A DNA stretch of 32,000 bases from Aliivibrio fischeri ES114. Lineage in GTDB: Bacteria > Pseudomonadota > Gammaproteobacteria > Enterobacterales > Vibrionaceae. The notes below the pieces were generated by a model. It worked only from the letters and a program-made list of their open reading frames with translations, did no database searches and was not told the origin of the DNA. Position numbers and translations under genes: made by a program. The stretch lies in the NCBI RefSeq assembly GCF_000011805.1, contig NC_006840.2; one strand, given 5' to 3'. This document shows, piece after piece, positions 28,265 through 32,000 of this stretch (positions are counted from its first letter, which is position 1; every line of letters starts with the position of its first letter).

Positions 28265-29458
28265 TCACACTTTCTTAGCCTGAATGACAATGTTCCTTGG
28301 GGTATCTTCTTTTAAACAAAATTCCCCGATACGAACGTTATAACCTGCCTCTTCTAATAATAAGACACGATCCAAACATAACCACACTTCCAATGGACGT
28401 TTAAATACTTGCTGCACTAAATCGCACTTTTCCATCACTACAAAGGCTTCTTTCCCTTTTTTTAACCAGTGAGAGAAGTCAACATCATCTGGTAATTGCA
28501 GCTTTTTATGCTCGCTAGCCCATTGGCAAAAAGCGTCAAAACCATCACTTAATAATGATTTTTTTATGCTTGGTACAGGGACATAATTATCATTGCCAGT
28601 AACACACTTCAGCAAGGCATTAAACCCTAATCGATATTGCATTTCCTGCTCTCGATGATGTTGTGTGCGTTTCCCTGCGGTTACTGTCTCTTGCAGTGGC
28701 AATCGCAAATCTTCTTTAGATAAACGGATCTGCGCTTGTTTTGATAATGCAGACAATCCTTCATAAACCGATGACTGAGTTAAATGAAAACAGCAAGGAG
28801 ATAAAGTAACAGCATCTATCGACTTATCGATGCCCTTTTGAATTAAACTTACGTGAAGATCACCACACGCATGCAAGGCGATTGCATGTTGGTTAGCTTT
28901 AATCAGTTCAGATGCACTTGTTGCCAACGCATCACCTTGAATAAACGTCATGTTTAATTGGTGTTTATCAGCGTATTCTTGACCGCTATGACATAAAGTA
29001 TCTTGCCACTCTAATGTGGTGACTGGTTTACCCGATGCCACATTAAGGACTCGACCTAAATATCCTTTACCACCACACCACTCTAGCCATTGCTCTTTAG
29101 GCTGTGAATATTGAATACCTAAAGCACTTAAATTGGTAATTTGCTGCCATTTACGACCGTTAATTCCAGAATCCAACCCTTTTGGCATCATTAGTGGAGC
29201 CGCTTGTAATTGCTCAAGCTGACTTAATGCATGAAGGTCATTAACTTCTGGAATAAAAGCTGACAGTGTTTGCGTTAATTTTTCAGGGACTCGCTTTAAT
29301 TCCTGCACCTCTGCCAGAGTTAATCCATCAAGCCAATGGCTTAAATTTTCATGCGTGGTGCGCCATGGATAATCTGAACTATGAAAAGCAGAAAATTGCC
29401 AAAAAAAGACCGTCTGCGATAACAAACGGTCTATATTTAAAAACTGCTGAGAATGCAT
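28265..29458 (-). CDS. SAM-dependent methyltransferase family protein
   Basis: LEWCGGKGYLGRVLNVASGKPVTTLEW glycine-rich SAM motif; LHACGDLHVSLI. Confidence 0.8.
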   Translation of the reverse strand: MHSQQFLNIDRLLSQTVFFWQFSAFHSSDYPWRTTHENLSHWLDGLTLAEVQELKRVPEKLTQTLSAFIPEVNDLHALSQLEQLQAAPLMMPKGLDSGINGRKWQQITNLSALGIQYSQPKEQWLEWCGGKGYLGRVLNVASGKPVTTLEWQDTLCHSGQEYADKHQLNMTFIQGDALATSASELIKANQHAIALHACGDLHVSLIQKGIDKSIDAVTLSPCCFHLTQSSVYEGLSALSKQAQIRLSKEDLRLPLQETVTAGKRTQHHREQEMQYRLGFNALLKCVTGNDNYVPVPSIKKSLLSDGFDAFCQWASEHKKLQLPDDVDFSHWLKKGKEAFVVMEKCDLVQQVFKRPLEVWLCLDRVLLLEEAGYNVRIGEFCLKEDTPRNIVIQAKKV

Positions 29459-29490
29459 TATATGCCCCTGAAAATAATATCAGGGCGATC

Positions 29491-30486
<996 letters not shown>

Positions 30487-30732
30487 TTACATTAAATTCT
30501 ACTTATACGATACAGTTATATACCTATTCCTACCTATTTTCAAAGTGTTATGTTTATTAATTATATTTCGAACATATTACAGACAAATACATTAAAGAAA
30601 TGTGAACAACTGTCGATAAATCTTAATGACAACCCGTATATAACTCCCCTATACGTTAAATTAACTATTGGAGTTAATCACCTGCTATTCATTTAGTTTA
30701 CAAGGTGTTACACTGGAAAATATTACTACTGG

Positions 30733-31512
30733 ATGTATGATAAAAATATGAATATTGCTCTTATTATTGGTCTTTTTGGGATTCTGCTTACATTGATTAT
30801 TGGCTATAACATCATTGTTCAATATAGAACAAAGATCGAATCTGCCAAAAAACAAGAATCTGCAAAGCATATGGTTATCATTGATTCTACTGAAGAATTA
30901 ATCAGTAACGCACACCATCTGCCTTACAGCAAAGAATTACTTGTTTGTTTGAATCAACGTATTCTTGATGCTTTAAGAGCGATTTCAGAGCTTGAACCGC
31001 ATGACCGCTCATACCCAGGCCGTATTGAGAACATGGAGCAACAGCTTCAGCAGTTAAAAACAGACTATACAGGTGGCGATAGCACCAACTTCAAAGTACC
31101 AAGTAACGATAAACAAGCTATCGTTATGTTAAAACTTGTTAAACGCCTTCGTGATACCCTCCGTGCTGAACACCGTAAAGGACGTGTTAATACACAAGTA
31201 TTTGTGGCTGAAAACGCTCGCCTTGAATCTATTCAAGTTCGTATCAATATCGAAAACGTGGTTAAACGTGCTAAAGAGGCAACACAGCGTGGCCAAGCTG
31301 GTACCGCTCGTCAATTACTTAAGAAAGGTATTGATGCCCTTTCAAGCAAAAACGATGGCTACTCAAACAAGGCTCGCACTCGTTTACAAGAAATGCTTGA
31401 TGAATTAAATAATAAGACTAAGAAGAAACAAGACCAAGAATTACAAGATCAATTGGATAAGAATAAAGACGACGATATCGATGTTCTTTTCCAGCCAAAG
31501 AAAAAATGGTAA
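30733..31512 (+). CDS. Hypothetical membrane-anchored coiled-coil protein (start possibly 30748)
   Basis: MNIALIIGLFGILLTLIIGYNIIVQYR TM segment, then highly charged helical sequence. Confidence 0.8.
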   Translation: MYDKNMNIALIIGLFGILLTLIIGYNIIVQYRTKIESAKKQESAKHMVIIDSTEELISNAHHLPYSKELLVCLNQRILDALRAISELEPHDRSYPGRIENMEQQLQQLKTDYTGGDSTNFKVPSNDKQAIVMLKLVKRLRDTLRAEHRKGRVNTQVFVAENARLESIQVRINIENVVKRAKEATQRGQAGTARQLLKKGIDALSSKNDGYSNKARTRLQEMLDELNNKTKKKQDQELQDQLDKNKDDDIDVLFQPKKKW

Positions 31513-31524
31513 CCAATACCTACC

Positions 31525-31555
31525 AAAAAAAAGATCGCATAATGCGATCTTTTTT
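31525..31555. terminator. Bidirectional terminator
   Basis: AAAAAAAGATCGCATaatGCGATCTTTTTT. Confidence 0.8.
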
Positions 31556-31574
31556 ATGTCTGTCTTAATAACAC

Positions 31575-32000
31575 TTAAACAGGAACACCACTGTGGAATT
31601 TAAAATCACTGTCTGGTGTTAATATCAAATCCGCTTCAACCTGAGCAAAAAATGCAACACGCTCATCCACATTCCCCCCAGCAACCTGCTGTGCTAGTGC
31701 TAAGTAATCTTGATAATGACGAGATTCAGATCGAAGTAATGAAATGTAGAACTTAGCCAAATCATCATCTAAAAACGGAGCTAACTTAGCAAAGCGCTCA
31801 CAAGAACGAGCCTCAATAAAAGCACCAATGATCAACTTATCAATTAAGGTACATGGCTCATGAGTAATCACTCTCGTAAATAACCCTTTTGCATAGCGCC
31901 CTGCTCTAATATTTTGATAAGGCACACCACGCTGATCCATAATTTCTAATACTTGATAAAAATGATGAAGCTCTTCTTTTATCAATAACACCATTTTATC
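31575..32000 (-). CDS. miaE: tRNA-(ms[2]io[6]A)-hydroxylase, partial (5' end outside window)
   Basis: EELHHFYQVLEIMDQRGVPYQNIRAGRYAKGLFTRVITHEP...IEARSCERFAKLAP...SESRHYQDYLALA; codons before Met 31994 remain open to the window edge. Confidence 0.9.
   Translation of the reverse strand, partial: DKMVLLIKEELHHFYQVLEIMDQRGVPYQNIRAGRYAKGLFTRVITHEPCTLIDKLIIGAFIEARSCERFAKLAPFLDDDLAKFYISLLRSESRHYQDYLALAQQVAGGNVDERVAFFAQVEADLILTPDSDFKFHSGVPV

Overview
The window looks like a chromosomal segment from an Aliivibrio/Vibrio-type gammaproteobacterium: mostly core genes in short operons, with a few accessory insertions. From left to right I read: a partial minus-strand CDS cut by the window edge with a nuclease-like N-terminus; a HelD/UvrD-type helicase with an inserted nuclease-like domain and C-terminal C4 zinc ribbons, interrupted by one in-frame TGA; an ibpA-dnaK pair without dnaJ or grpE, with a ROSE-like RNA-thermometer hairpin over the ibpA Shine-Dalgarno; a hipBA toxin-antitoxin operon with three TATCC-N8-GGATA operators phased at exactly 28 bp; an FeS-BCP photolyase/cryptochrome + DUF2256 pair divergent from a small ORF + CIA30 gene; a LysR regulator; an amidohydrolase; a Sel1-TM-J-domain protein; a 56-aa Cys-rich ORF missing from the supplied track; aqpZ; a YceI protein; a stand-alone PBP2 paralogue; sbcB-yohJ-yohK-cdd; an amidase-family protein that appears to lack its nucleophile serine; purT with a PurR box; aspC; a methyltransferase; cysB; a coiled-coil membrane protein; and a partial miaE. 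I see no tRNA, rRNA, CRISPR array or intact transposon. No complete new system is provable from this window. The best candidates are the edge-truncated nuclease-like gene next to the helicase-nuclease fusion, and the DnaK/J-domain extras. All family calls come from reading motifs and remembered homologues, not database searches.
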